A stretch of 62,563 bases of DNA from a virus (Duplodnaviria; Caudoviricetes), in IMG/VR virus record IMGVR_UViG_3300005613_000063, positions 1 through 62,563 of that record, one strand, 5' to 3'. Positions 27,200 through 36,683 of this stretch are shown in pieces. The translations under genes and the position numbers were made by a program. The notes beneath the pieces are model-generated. The model saw nothing but the letters and a program-made list of their open reading frames with translations. It was not told the origin of the DNA and ran no database searches. Positions within the stretch are counted from its first letter, which is position 1, and the number at the start of each line of letters is the position of its first letter.

Positions 27200-27820
27200 G
27201 AATAATCTGCTATAACCCATAGTTGGGAGACGCTCAATCTACTGCAGGGGGTTGAGTGTATAAAATGTATGGCAAGACACAAAGAATTCCGATTGCCATT
27301 TGTTATGTGTTTCGGGCATACACCATGCCCTGATTTTAGCGCGCTGTTAGGAGGTTAGCTGCTTGAGCTGTCAGATTTCACACGAGTGCAGACTCAGGCT
27401 TAATTCGAGGGCTCACTCTTATGCAGAAATAGCGGAATTCAAGGGTGGAATCAGGAGCTTGAAATCAACATCAGGCAATGATCTGAGCTACAAACCCGGG
27501 CAACCATGCCGTCAAAGGCGGCTGAGCGTGTGAACTGGTTTGTAGCGTACCTCTGTAGGATTCCCTTGTGTGAGGAGGTAATGCCTCATACACATGCATC
27601 TCCCTCTTTTCCTTCTATGACATTCATAACGGTGGGCTCTGTCGGCTTACACGACACCTCGGGTTGTCACTGATAGCTGTTCCCCACTGCAAATGGGTGC
27701 TGCTTTTAACGTGTGGCTAAAGCTTGCAGATCTCTAGCCTCCCCGTGTTCTCTTATAGTTACCACTATCGGCCCGTATTTTTTCGATAGCTCTAGCACCT
27801 GCATGTGGGTCTTTGCAACC
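27200..27820 (+). ncRNA. Candidate large structured non-coding RNA
   Basis: No ORF of 60 aa or more; at least six stems; G-U pairs favour the plus strand. Confidence 0.35.
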
Positions 27821-27830
27821 TCTTTTCCTT

Positions 27831-28064
27831 CTATGCTCCGATTGGGATCATATATTCTAGTCTGAGAAATTCATGGACGGCTTCGTATAGGTCGGAGCCC
27901 TCATACATGGAGATTCCCGTACGTCCCAAAACTACCCAGGTTGGACTGGATTGGGTGGCTGTATGGTAGGTCCCAATTGAGTAAACCTGGCCCAACATCA
28001 GACCACGGCTTAGAACTGCTGCGCAGGTCTCGAATAGATCTTCAAATCTAATATGGAACTCCAT
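27831..28064 (-). CDS. Hypothetical protein
   Basis: AAGGA RBS upstream. Confidence 0.55.
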   Translation of the reverse strand: MEFHIRFEDLFETCAAVLSRGLMLGQVYSIGTYHTATQSSPTWVVLGRTGISMYEGSDLYEAVHEFLRLEYMIPIGA

Positions 28065-28082
28065 GAGTGCGTTCCTTCTGGC

Positions 28083-28379
28083 CTAGTACCAAGTATTCAA
28101 CTCTGTGAGATGCCCTTGGTAGCATTCACACAGTTCAATGTGACTGGTGCCAGTCCTGAGCCAAATTTCAAACCGGCTATCATGCACGGCTTGGATGTTC
28201 ATGAATACCCAAGTCTTTATGCCTAAATACCCTGCTAACCAACAATAACGGGCATGACCCACCAACTCCCCACTATCAGGGTTGAAAATGCTGCGGTATG
28301 CCATGGTTGGCTCTGTGCTATCCGGCACTATAGGCCCAAAGCGCAGATAGTGCGAAGTAATCTGTTTGACCAATAGCAT
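28083..28379 (-). CDS. Hypothetical protein
   Basis: 98-aa ORF. Confidence 0.5.
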   Translation of the reverse strand: MLLVKQITSHYLRFGPIVPDSTEPTMAYRSIFNPDSGELVGHARYCWLAGYLGIKTWVFMNIQAVHDSRFEIWLRTGTSHIELCECYQGHLTELNTWY

Positions 28380-28965
28380 CTATGAACTGGCAGGAGTCAG
28401 ACGCTAGATGTTTAGCTATTCGATGATAGCTCATTGCGTGCTTACGATTCTTACGATTCATGCGAATCTCTCCATGGTCTAGGTGTTTAGAAAAATGACC
28501 GTTCAGTCATAATTCGGCTATACTTAGGATTGAGTGCTTTTAGTTGAGTTTGTATCACAAACCCTTTACATACCAATGCCTAAGTATTGAGAATCTTTCA
28601 TGATTCCTATAAAGTTTACATAATCCAGTTAGTCGGCACTCACTTATTATCAGTGAGAAATCTGTGCCAACATCTGAGTTTCAGACCCTGTTTATGTCAG
28701 ATATAACCCCAGAAAACCCGGAAAACCGCGGTGGAAGTGGGCGTGTTTTCCCTCCTTATATCCCGATATTGGCGTATTTCACCACGAAATATTTTTGCGG
28801 CTTTCCACCCAAAAATTGGTGGCCGGCTTAAGTTGCGGCTTAGTGGTAGCGCCGCCGCGCCCGCGCACGTGCCCGCGTTTCGTCTGCAACCCCCCGTACG
28901 TACTAGGGAATTTTCACTGTGTATCTTTGACTACAAATACACACTACCCTACATGTAACCCCTGG

Positions 28966-29138
28966 AAAGTTGCTTAGAGACTGGATATGAGGATATCAGA
29001 AATTGATATCTCAATATAGAGCTATAATCCAAAATGAGGTATCTCAAACACTCTCAAATCAACTTTTATTGAATCAGGGTCAAATCATGCATTGATTCAA
29101 TAAAAGTTGCTTAGAGACTGGATATGAGGATATCAGAA
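28966..29138. repeat. 36-bp perfect direct repeat (28966-29001, 29103-29138) plus 17-bp perfect inverted repeat (29060-29076 / 29093-29109)
   Basis: AAAGTTGCTTAGAGACTGGATATGAGGATATCAGAA twice; CAACTTTTATTGAATCA/TGATTCAATAAAAGTTG. Confidence 0.92.
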
Positions 29139-29142
29139 TATT

Positions 29143-29185
29143 AAATAGAAAACAGGGATGTAAGTACTAGACCTACATCCCTGTT
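29143..29185 (-). terminator. Intrinsic terminator
   Basis: 12-bp stem AACAGGGATGTA/TACATCCCTGTT followed by a T-rich tail, downstream of ORF 29206-29745. Confidence 0.7.
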
Positions 29186-29205
29186 AGATTTGGTGAGTCT
29201 GAAAG

Positions 29206-29745
29206 TTACTTATTGCCACGCCGTCGTCGACGGTGCCGACGTGACCTCACGGTCCTACTACCGACGAGAGATCTAAGCTGGTCCCAGTGTGGTGAATTGT
29301 CGAATACCAAGTCAGACGTACGAATCTCACGTCCAACCCCGGACACTGACATACACACAGAGCGAATGTCCTCCTCGGTAGCACATCGTGATACACTGCA
29401 TGTCCCACGTTCCACCCTCGACATACGTCGGATAACGGGTGCCAAGGTGCGCTTATCACCCTCGCGTAGGTTAGCTCGGTACGACGCCACCCCCTCGCGT
29501 ACACCGTGGGACATGTAGTCACATTGTGCTACAAGGTCTCGAGTATAGGGTGACGTGGTCACGTCCACCCCTTCGTCGGAGAGTGTGTGTAAAACGGTGC
29601 GGATGTAGGACACGGAAGCGCGATCTGCGACCCTACGTAGTAGGATCATTAGCTCCACATGCCTACCCGCACCTACCTCCCCGTCCGCACGCTGAATCTC
29701 ACGTGCCAGCCATAGGGGAGATAGTGCAGGTATCATCGTAGACAT
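29206..29745 (-). CDS. Hypothetical protein with Arg-rich tail
   Basis: Coupled to the upstream ORF; locally higher GC and CpG content. Confidence 0.6.
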   Translation of the reverse strand: MSTMIPALSPLWLAREIQRADGEVGAGRHVELMILLRRVADRASVSYIRTVLHTLSDEGVDVTTSPYTRDLVAQCDYMSHGVREGVASYRANLREGDKRTLAPVIRRMSRVERGTCSVSRCATEEDIRSVCMSVSGVGREIRTSDLVFDNSPHWDQLRSLVGSRTVRSRRHRRRRRGNK

Positions 29746-30122
29746 TAGCTCAAATCCTCCGCTACAATGACGTCATCTGTGGTGGGAGGTGCGATATCAG
29801 CAGTCTCGGTTTCGACATCATCCTTAGCAGGTGTGGGAGCTTGGATAGCCGCCTTAGCGTTTTGAACTTTGCTACGGTCAGTCTCAGACAGACCTAACAG
29901 AGCATCGGACTTTGCTACGAGCGCAGCCACGTACTGATCAGCTTTCGCCCGCAACACCCTCGAGTCCATACTCTCCTCTATCTTGCTCACAGCAGCTGTA
30001 ATGCGAACCTCTCGTGCGTGCGTGCACGTGAGCTCGAGTGCCTTTGCCACCAGTTTTTCATTATGCTTAGTACGCTGTTGAGGTGTAGCACTTGCAGCCA
30101 ATTCGTTGATAATATCTGACAT
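29745..30122 (-). CDS. Hypothetical protein
   Basis: AGGAG RBS. Confidence 0.7.
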   Translation of the reverse strand: MSDIINELAASATPQQRTKHNEKLVAKALELTCTHAREVRITAAVSKIEESMDSRVLRAKADQYVAALVAKSDALLGLSETDRSKVQNAKAAIQAPTPAKDDVETETADIAPPTTDDVIVAEDLS

Positions 30123-30232
30123 GTCGTCTCCTGTCCCACCGAGGTGGGATTTGATTGTTATCGCACACCGTGTGCGGTTGTAAGCTCGACCTTGTTGGGG
30201 TGCAAGCCTACAACCCCATGCGGGGTACTACG

Positions 30233-30454
30233 TTAGCTTACAGTGAACTCTCGTGAGTCCAAAGTAGGACACTCGAGCATGAGCTGTGATAGGAAGGTAC
30301 AACAGTCACCGAATGTGCCTCGGTATACTACACTGTCCCCATGTTTTAATTCCATTGTATGCACGGGTCGTGCAAAGTGTGTAGGGTTCAGTGCAAAGCC
30401 AGCGTGGTCTACAGAAATAACTACATGTGCTACTCGTCGGTTAACTGTGGTCAT
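30233..30454 (-). CDS. Hypothetical protein
   Basis: AAGGAG RBS. Confidence 0.65.
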   Translation of the reverse strand: MTTVNRRVAHVVISVDHAGFALNPTHFARPVHTMELKHGDSVVYRGTFGDCCTFLSQLMLECPTLDSREFTVS

Positions 30455-30542
30455 GATAAGACTCCTTTGTGAGGACTACAATCGACTACAGTGTAGGAGA
30501 GTCCCCGGTTTTTTGTTTTTTCCCTTTTCAAAGAAAGAATAA

Positions 30543-30558
30543 TGCAAAGTTGATACCA
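30543..30558 (-). promoter_or_regulatory. Sigma54-type promoter
   Basis: TGGTATCAACTTTGCA (GG-N10-GC), upstream of ORF 30454. Confidence 0.6.
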
Positions 30559-30587
30559 CAATATTGAGGTATGAATTGATATAGTAA

Positions 30588-30686
30588 TATCAAGTGGTTA
30601 CATTTCAATACATGTCAGGTCACTATGACAATTATCTCATGTAAGAAATGTAGTTGATATGATTATATAGTGATATCAAGATATTA
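30588..30686. promoter_or_regulatory. Two IHF consensus sites
   Basis: TATCAAGTGGTTA (30588-30600) and TATCAAGATATTA (30674-30686) match WATCAANNNNTTR. Confidence 0.55.
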
Positions 30687-30756
30687 AGTAGTGTCCAAAA
30701 ATAGGTCAGCATTGACAGAAATGTCATAGTGTGATATTTTGGTATCAAACCATGCA

Positions 30757-30772
30757 AGCAAGGATCATGCCA
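30757..30772 (-). promoter_or_regulatory. Sigma54-type promoter
   Basis: TGGCATGATCCTTGCT (GG-N10-GC, near consensus). Confidence 0.65.
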
Positions 30773-31038
30773 TGACACATTGTGTCATTTAGGGATCCAA
30801 TGATTTCAATAGGATAGGATCCTTGGATCCATTGGATCCGACTCAATAAAGATCAATGATATCATATAGTTAGAAGGGGGTGGTTACATTCCCTACCTGT
30901 GGGGAGATGTGTTCTTACCGAGGTACACCCCCTCAGAAAAATAGTAATTTTCTGTAAGTTTTTCTCAAAAAATAGTAAATTTCTATAGAAAAAGATGTAT
31001 ACAATGATATCACAGTATCAATATGTAAACAGCTTAAA

Positions 31039-31437
31039 TTATTCAGAAATAGTTTTCAGGCCAGATTCAGCCTTACAGACAGTTTGCTCCAAATCGAGCA
31101 AGGAGGAGAGCACCGGCACAAATGAAGATAAGTCAGCAGCCCCCAACTTCTTTCCTTCTAAGTCCTCAACCACCCCCAACAAAGCCTGAATCAAGCAATG
31201 CCGGGGAGTTCCACACAACAGAGCTTCAGCACATAGGCTCTGCACCAAGTCCTCTAGACGGTCGGCAGAGTGCCCCCAGTGCCCGGCAGCAATTCCCCGC
31301 AAATCAGCCCGAATATACGGAGCATTCGGTAAGACCGAAGCCGAAGCCTCCGCCCGATTTAAGATCACCTCGTTAGGTCCTAATTCTGCCTCATTCATAC
31401 TCATACTCATAGATGTAGATTCAAGCATATTTGGCAT
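31039..31437 (-). CDS. Hypothetical protein
   Basis: 132-aa ORF. Confidence 0.55.
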   Translation of the reverse strand: MPNMLESTSMSMSMNEAELGPNEVILNRAEASASVLPNAPYIRADLRGIAAGHWGHSADRLEDLVQSLCAEALLCGTPRHCLIQALLGVVEDLEGKKLGAADLSSFVPVLSSLLDLEQTVCKAESGLKTISE

Positions 31438-31555
31438 AGTGAGGGCTGGTCCTTAGCAAAAAAGAAAAAAAAGAAAAAAGGAAGCCCTAATCGTAGCACA
31501 ACACACCCGACAAGACCAAGCAGAGAGTTCTTAATCAAATCCAGCAACTATGAAA

Positions 31556-31984
31556 CTATGAACCAAGGAGCATCTTAAGAGCATCCTTGCACCCGCGACT
31601 CTGCTGAGCCTCCTTCAAATCCCATGCTCGAGCATTCCAACGGGCGCAAGCCTCAGACCATGTGGGAGCCACAGAACCACGCCCACAATCGCAGGGGATC
31701 CAATACGTCAGCCCTTCAGTAATATTGTGTTGCACGCATGATTGAACGGTCTTACACAAAATGCAGGTCATCACCACCCCCTTACCACCCGACATGATCT
31801 TATCCCAAGCCTCCAGCATCTCCTTCCACAAAGCATAGGCCTCATTGCGAGTATAGGCTGAAACCCCAGGCCCACATTTGCAGCCCACTTTATAGAGCTG
31901 CCCTCCATTGCGTTCAGAGGTCATCAAACAATAAGCCCCCTCACACCTAGGACACAATTCTAAATCAAGCATCAAATCCAGCAA
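31556..31984 (-). CDS. Tandem Zn-ribbon protein, Lar (restriction alleviation)-like
   Basis: Two CxxC..CxCG..EA...W(N) units. Confidence 0.55.
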   Translation of the reverse strand: MLDLMLDLELCPRCEGAYCLMTSERNGGQLYKVGCKCGPGVSAYTRNEAYALWKEMLEAWDKIMSGGKGVVMTCILCKTVQSCVQHNITEGLTYWIPCDCGRGSVAPTWSEACARWNARAWDLKEAQQSRGCKDALKMLLGS

Positions 31985-32000
31985 TTATCAACTCCGATCA

Positions 32001-32255
32001 TCAACCTCGATCAAACGTAGGGTCTGTAATATGCCAATACTTCGATACCAATGGTACCCAAGTATGACGCAACTGATTGGTATGCACCACCTGCAAATAA
32101 CCCTTCTCCACCAAAGAGGCCATGTGACGTGAAGCAGCAGCACGAGACACGCCAAAATGAGCAGCCACCCCTGCACAATCTGGACCCGAATAGCACCGAA
32201 TCCTGTGCAGGATCCAATCCAAATACCGAGCTTCAGTATCTGTCAGAGGTTCCAT
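32001..32255 (-). CDS. LexA-type winged-helix DNA-binding protein without peptidase domain
   Basis: LTDTEARYLDWI..P....VAAHFGVSRAAASRHMASLVEKGYL. Confidence 0.75.
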   Translation of the reverse strand: MEPLTDTEARYLDWILHRIRCYSGPDCAGVAAHFGVSRAAASRHMASLVEKGYLQVVHTNQLRHTWVPLVSKYWHITDPTFDRG

Positions 32256-32263
32256 TTTCCTGT

Positions 32264-32590
32264 TTAGACATCTGAATACTCCCTTTGTTTACGGTAGTTC
32301 CTCTCGTTCTTCAGTACATACTCCTCGGTCCTGGTTGCAAACACATCTGCTACATACCAACCATATTGCCATGAGCCATCGATTTTCATCTTAAGCTGCT
32401 TGCCCTTCTTGGCAAACTGCTGAGGGATCCAAGCAGTAGAGATGGTAGTAGAAACTGTACCATCCTCCATCTTTCTAGGCCTTCTCAGGCTGCACTGGGT
32501 GTACATCGTTGACATCACTCTCTTCCTTGATTCAAAAGGGCGTCTGCAGAGCCTGGCTGCCCAATTATCTGCATTTGTAACCATTCCCAA
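32264..32590 (-). CDS. Conserved phage hypothetical protein
   Basis: YTQCSL..TAWIPQQFAKKG. Confidence 0.6.
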   Translation of the reverse strand: MGMVTNADNWAARLCRRPFESRKRVMSTMYTQCSLRRPRKMEDGTVSTTISTAWIPQQFAKKGKQLKMKIDGSWQYGWYVADVFATRTEEYVLKNERNYRKQREYSDV

Positions 32591-32636
32591 GTATCTGGGT
32601 AGCAGGCTATATACACCCCCGGTCCCCAGCGACGTG

Positions 32637-32665
32637 AGCGTAGCAATAAGTTAGGGGAATGTCAA
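32637..32665 (-). promoter_or_regulatory. Sigma70-type promoter
   Basis: TTGACA-N17-TACGCT with TGn extension. Confidence 0.55.
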
Positions 32666-32670
32666 CCCCC

Positions 32671-32883
32671 TTATAGGTCTTTAAATTCACCTGCAATCAA
32701 CTCATCTGGGTATCGCGTAAAGAGTGTCTCCTTCAGTACATCAATAGCCGCAACTAAGCGTGATTCCTCTGCTTCCAACTTACGCAGTTGCTCTGATACT
32801 GAGATAATGCAGGCTGTTTGGCTCTTAATCAAGGTCACCAATTGAGCCTTGTCATAATGCTCTAACGGCATAATTTTGGCCAT
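32671..32883 (-). CDS. Hypothetical protein
   Basis: GGGAG RBS. Confidence 0.55.
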   Translation of the reverse strand: MAKIMPLEHYDKAQLVTLIKSQTACIISVSEQLRKLEAEESRLVAAIDVLKETLFTRYPDELIAGEFKDL

Positions 32884-33054
32884 GTGGAATCTCCCATGTT
32901 GTTTTCTGTTTTCTTTTAATCATCAATGCGATATAAAGGCAACCTAAGCACCAAGTCGAAAATTAATGGGTCGCTGAAGAATTCTTGAGCCCTTGCAAGT
33001 GGCGCAGGGATTTCAAAGCAAAGATAAAGCCTAGGGTCATGACCTCCCTAGGCT

Positions 33055-33267
33055 TTATTTTTCTTTGCAGCTATCTATCTTGTTGCCTATAGCATCCAAT
33101 CTTTTTATTACCATACTTTTGAATTCATGAAATTCTTGGATAAACATAGACAACTTAATATCAGTATTGACTGCTCTATCTAAATCGCCTGTATCTACAG
33201 ATCTGCGAGGCTGCGCTGCCAACCAACGCTCTCGCTCCTGTCTTACTTCATGCTCACTTATTGCCAT
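33055..33267 (-). CDS. Hypothetical protein
   Basis: GGAGGAG RBS. Confidence 0.6.
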   Translation of the reverse strand: MAISEHEVRQERERWLAAQPRRSVDTGDLDRAVNTDIKLSMFIQEFHEFKSMVIKRLDAIGNKIDSCKEK

Positions 33268-33321
33268 GTTCTACTCCTCCACCATCTTTGCTACCTCCAT
33301 AATTAGTTTGAAAAGTATTCT

Positions 33322-33675
33322 TCATTCACTTTTCCATGCAGGTTCATAGGTAGCCTCAAAGATGTCGTCCTTACAAGGATAGAACTCGCCTTTAACTCCA
33401 GTGATTATCCAATCTCCTGGGCAGACTATCATGAGGCCTTCTAGCGTTTCTACAGACCCATGCTCCAGATATGGTTTTTTGCAACCAGGGCAATTATCTA
33501 CACCAACATACTTAAGGTCTGGGTCATGGAAGCGTCCTACAACTTCACCCTCACTGAGGCAGTATTCATAATTGAGGGGGTTCATTATTGTTACGCTATG
33601 GTCTTTTGGATGATCTCCATTTTTAAACCATTGCACAGCATCGATGACTACTGGTTTTTTTCTATACTTTGCCAT
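33322..33675 (-). CDS. PGDYG-like phage protein
   Basis: KYRKKPVVIDAVQW..TLEG..PGDWIITGVKGEFYPCK.DIFEATYE. Confidence 0.8.
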   Translation of the reverse strand: MAKYRKKPVVIDAVQWFKNGDHPKDHSVTIMNPLNYEYCLSEGEVVGRFHDPDLKYVGVDNCPGCKKPYLEHGSVETLEGLMIVCPGDWIITGVKGEFYPCKDDIFEATYEPAWKSE

Positions 33676-33844
33676 TTTATTTCCGTCCCCTCTTTATCTC
33701 GATGATATTATGGCAATCTGAACAAGAATAAAGCCCAAGCCAAACATCAATACAGATATGAGTAACAGGTGCAACCACCTAGGTTTAACATGGAATAATT
33801 TTTTGTCAGATTTAAATCTGCGCATCTTTTCCCTTCTCTGTAAT

Positions 33845-34702
33845 TTATGCGTCCGTATCTTCTACGTCATGTATCTTTCCGGCAACACAGGTTATACTAG
33901 GCGGTACTGGATGGCTGTTCACGGATGTATGAGCCTCTTCCAACAGTATAATGCGCTGATTAAATGCAAACAGCTGTGCATCCATCTTTTCAAGAAGCAG
34001 CTCTAATCTAGTCGCAATGCCCTGAGTGACATCATCGCCTATGTCCCAATTCTGCTTCATGACTTTCTCACCTATTTGATCCCAATATTTTCTAAAACTA
34101 TCTGGCATTTCCTCAATTTCGGGTTGACACTCATCGTCAGATGATGCATCGTCACTGGACGCCGGGGTGCGTCCTTTTTCCGTTCTAAGTTGTGCCTCTA
34201 ATTCATGGACGCGATCATTAATTCTTTTCAGATGTTTAGCGTTGCTTTCAAACGTCCGATTCAACCCGGCTATGGCATCCTCTGTTATCGAAGCCTTTAA
34301 CTTTTGTTCTAAGGTAGTAATGCGTTCGGACAGATTCTGGCTACCGCTCCTAAGTGCTGCTCTTTCATCATTAGCTGTGTCAAGCATGTTAGCGTGAAGT
34401 TCACAAGCCGTCTCTGTGCGCTCGACACGACCTGTGATTAAACTCATCACAGCATAAACGGCAGCAGCTACCATCCTTTCGATGTACTCATGCTCCTTCA
34501 ACACATACGTTTTCCACTTAGTATCATTGTCCTCCTTTATTGAAACTGCTTCATTTTCAATATGTTTAACGCAGGTCTGTATGATATCATCTTTGAAATC
34601 ATTATTGAGAATTTTCATTTCTACTTCATTTAAACGGAACTCGAAATCCTTATCCTTGTTTCCATTGCGGCCATTTATGCTATCATGTATCGGCTCTTCC
34701 AA
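33845..34702 (-). CDS. Coiled-coil hypothetical protein
   Basis: Heptad-rich sequence. Confidence 0.6.
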   Translation of the reverse strand: MEEPIHDSINGRNGNKDKDFEFRLNEVEMKILNNDFKDDIIQTCVKHIENEAVSIKEDNDTKWKTYVLKEHEYIERMVAAAVYAVMSLITGRVERTETACELHANMLDTANDERAALRSGSQNLSERITTLEQKLKASITEDAIAGLNRTFESNAKHLKRINDRVHELEAQLRTEKGRTPASSDDASSDDECQPEIEEMPDSFRKYWDQIGEKVMKQNWDIGDDVTQGIATRLELLLEKMDAQLFAFNQRIILLEEAHTSVNSHPVPPSITCVAGKIHDVEDTDA

Positions 34703-34855
34703 TTTATCTACACGCTTAGTTAAATGACCGAGCGAATTTGAGTACTCAGCTTCAAGCTTTGCTTCAATGTATCGCTTTACTTCTGTGATAAGGATCTCTT
34801 CTCTTGTTTGATGCGCTGCCTCTAATTTTTCTATTCTGCCTATGATTTCAAAGTT

Positions 34856-35530
34856 TCAATATCCCTGTAACTCCTGCCTATGCTCATCAAGCTGGGCCTG
34901 CAATTTATCAATCTGTACCGATTGTGCGTCCGCTACGGCTGTAAATTCTTGTCGTAAAGAGACACCATACTGTAAAGCTTTAGATTCTAAATCCCTAATA
35001 CTAGCAGTTGCTGCAGTTTCTACTTCAGCTAACTTCGTGTCAATATGAGCCCTCTCTCCATGTTGTAGATTGTCATACTTTTGGTGCAGCGCAATGCTCT
35101 CCTTTTCATATTCTGCTCGTAACAGCTTTAGGTTCTGAATGATTTCATTGTCAGCTCTTGGCGCGTCTGCTTGCAACTTCCGTATATTATCTTCGAGCTT
35201 TAGTAGAAATTGGCTCTGCTCCTCGAATACATTGTTGTTGTGTTTTATGCTGGTATGGATTGCGATTAATTGCATCTCTATATTCTCTACGCGCTTATCC
35301 ACATCAGTAGCTGGGGTGTTCGTGCTCTCAGCACCTCTTTGGCCCTGTATGATTGTATCGAGCATGTGTTGTTGCTTTTGATTTTGTGCTATAATCGTCT
35401 GCAGTAAATCTTTTTGTTTCCTCGCAATTCCATTGCGTTGAGATTCTTCATTAGCCTGTTGTGCTGCGTTCATCATATATCCTCTCATTCTCTTTGTTTT
35501 GTGTTGTATGTACGTTGGATGTATTGCCAC
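34856..35530 (-). CDS. Coiled-coil hypothetical protein
   Basis: Q/E/K-rich heptads. Confidence 0.6.
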   Translation of the reverse strand: MAIHPTYIQHKTKRMRGYMMNAAQQANEESQRNGIARKQKDLLQTIIAQNQKQQHMLDTIIQGQRGAESTNTPATDVDKRVENIEMQLIAIHTSIKHNNNVFEEQSQFLLKLEDNIRKLQADAPRADNEIIQNLKLLRAEYEKESIALHQKYDNLQHGERAHIDTKLAEVETAATASIRDLESKALQYGVSLRQEFTAVADAQSVQIDKLQAQLDEHRQELQGY

Positions 35531-35816
35531 ACCCCTTGGACCAAATATGCTCTTGGTACACTATATGTTCTGTGCATAGAGAACAAATTGGACCCCTAAT
35601 CCGTGGCTCTTCTTCCATTCTATCTATGTTTACTGTGTAACTATTTGCTAGTTCTACTTCACGCTTGCATATGCGACAGACAATATACGAAGGGACGTCA
35701 GATGCATCCATCGTTATTTGATTCTCGCCTGCCTTTTTGAGCAGTCTACGCATTTGTCTTTCTAGTGTGCTTGTGCGTCCGCCAATGGTCATGACTTTAT
35801 TGACGCCTATTTCCAT
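35451..35816 (-). CDS. Zn-finger hypothetical protein
   Basis: CRIC...CSLC. Confidence 0.55.
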   Translation of the reverse strand: MEIGVNKVMTIGGRTSTLERQMRRLLKKAGENQITMDASDVPSYIVCRICKREVELANSYTVNIDRMEEEPRIRGPICSLCTEHIVYQEHIWSKGCGNTSNVHTTQNKENERIYDERSTTG

Positions 35817-35932
35817 ATTGTCCAGTCTCTCTTTAACTGTGTTTTATATACTCATTGATTCTATATAAGGTGGGGTCTAAAAGGGTGCCGAGAAATTCTG
35901 TAATATCCATTGATATTGCCTTTAATTCTTTA

Positions 35933-36424
35933 TCATTCATCTTGCCTTTTTCTCCTTTTTCGTTGCTCAATATCCTGTTCCAACTGCTTGATATCTATAT
36001 CCACTTGGGTATCACCCTGTCCACAGATATCGTGCCAACACGATGCGCATAAATGCTGTCCGTCCGTCCGGACAGTTCTATCATTCTTAATGTCTATTTG
36101 TGCCCCACATATGGAGCATATTTGACGAACCAACCAAACTCTATCTGGCCTAGACAGTAATAAAATTAGGCCTCTAACGAAATCCCTATCTGCTGTAATA
36201 CTCGAGGATGAGGATGAACATGAACTGCTTTGAGTGGAACTGCCTTCGTCTTGATTCACGGAGATATCATACTCATCGGATGATGACAAGCGTCCTATTT
36301 GCTCGGCGCGCAGACGTAGCGTCTTGGGTGTCGGTGATTTAACATGGATGACACCCGATACGGAAGAGGATATTGGGTTGCGGCGCCTATTCCTATCTTT
36401 CCTTTTGGACTCACGTTTACTCAA
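35933..36424 (-). CDS. Zn-finger hypothetical protein
   Basis: CSIC...CASC. Confidence 0.55.
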   Translation of the reverse strand: MSKRESKRKDRNRRRNPISSSVSGVIHVKSPTPKTLRLRAEQIGRLSSSDEYDISVNQDEGSSTQSSSCSSSSSSITADRDFVRGLILLLSRPDRVWLVRQICSICGAQIDIKNDRTVRTDGQHLCASCWHDICGQGDTQVDIDIKQLEQDIEQRKRRKRQDE

Positions 36425-36683
36425 CGATTATCCCGGCATCTATCAGCGCGCTCTTGCGCACTGTCAGGTCTATTAGGCGTCCGATAAGATCACACGTGAC
36501 ACCAAAGTCCCCCAATTGTCTTTCGGCTGCCAACATCGTTCTAGCTTGCTCCTCGTTCATCTCAACACCAGCTTCCTCACAGCGCTCAATAGCAGCCTCA
36601 ACTTCAGACTCAACGACCCGAAGGTCTGCTCTGTCCATGACGGTACTCTCCGGTACTTTTCTCGAAATCTTGCGTAACAGCAT
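36417..36683 (-). CDS. Hypothetical protein
   Basis: GGAGG RBS. Confidence 0.6.
   Translation of the reverse strand: MLLRKISRKVPESTVMDRADLRVVESEVEAAIERCEEAGVEMNEEQARTMLAAERQLGDFGVTCDLIGRLIDLTVRKSALIDAGIIVE

Noticed and set aside
28966-29138. Mini CRISPR array (36-bp repeats, Cas4-like gene in window)
   Set aside because: Only two copies, a 101-nt gap, a non-palindromic repeat and no cas operon. The Cas4-like gene sits in a recombination module.
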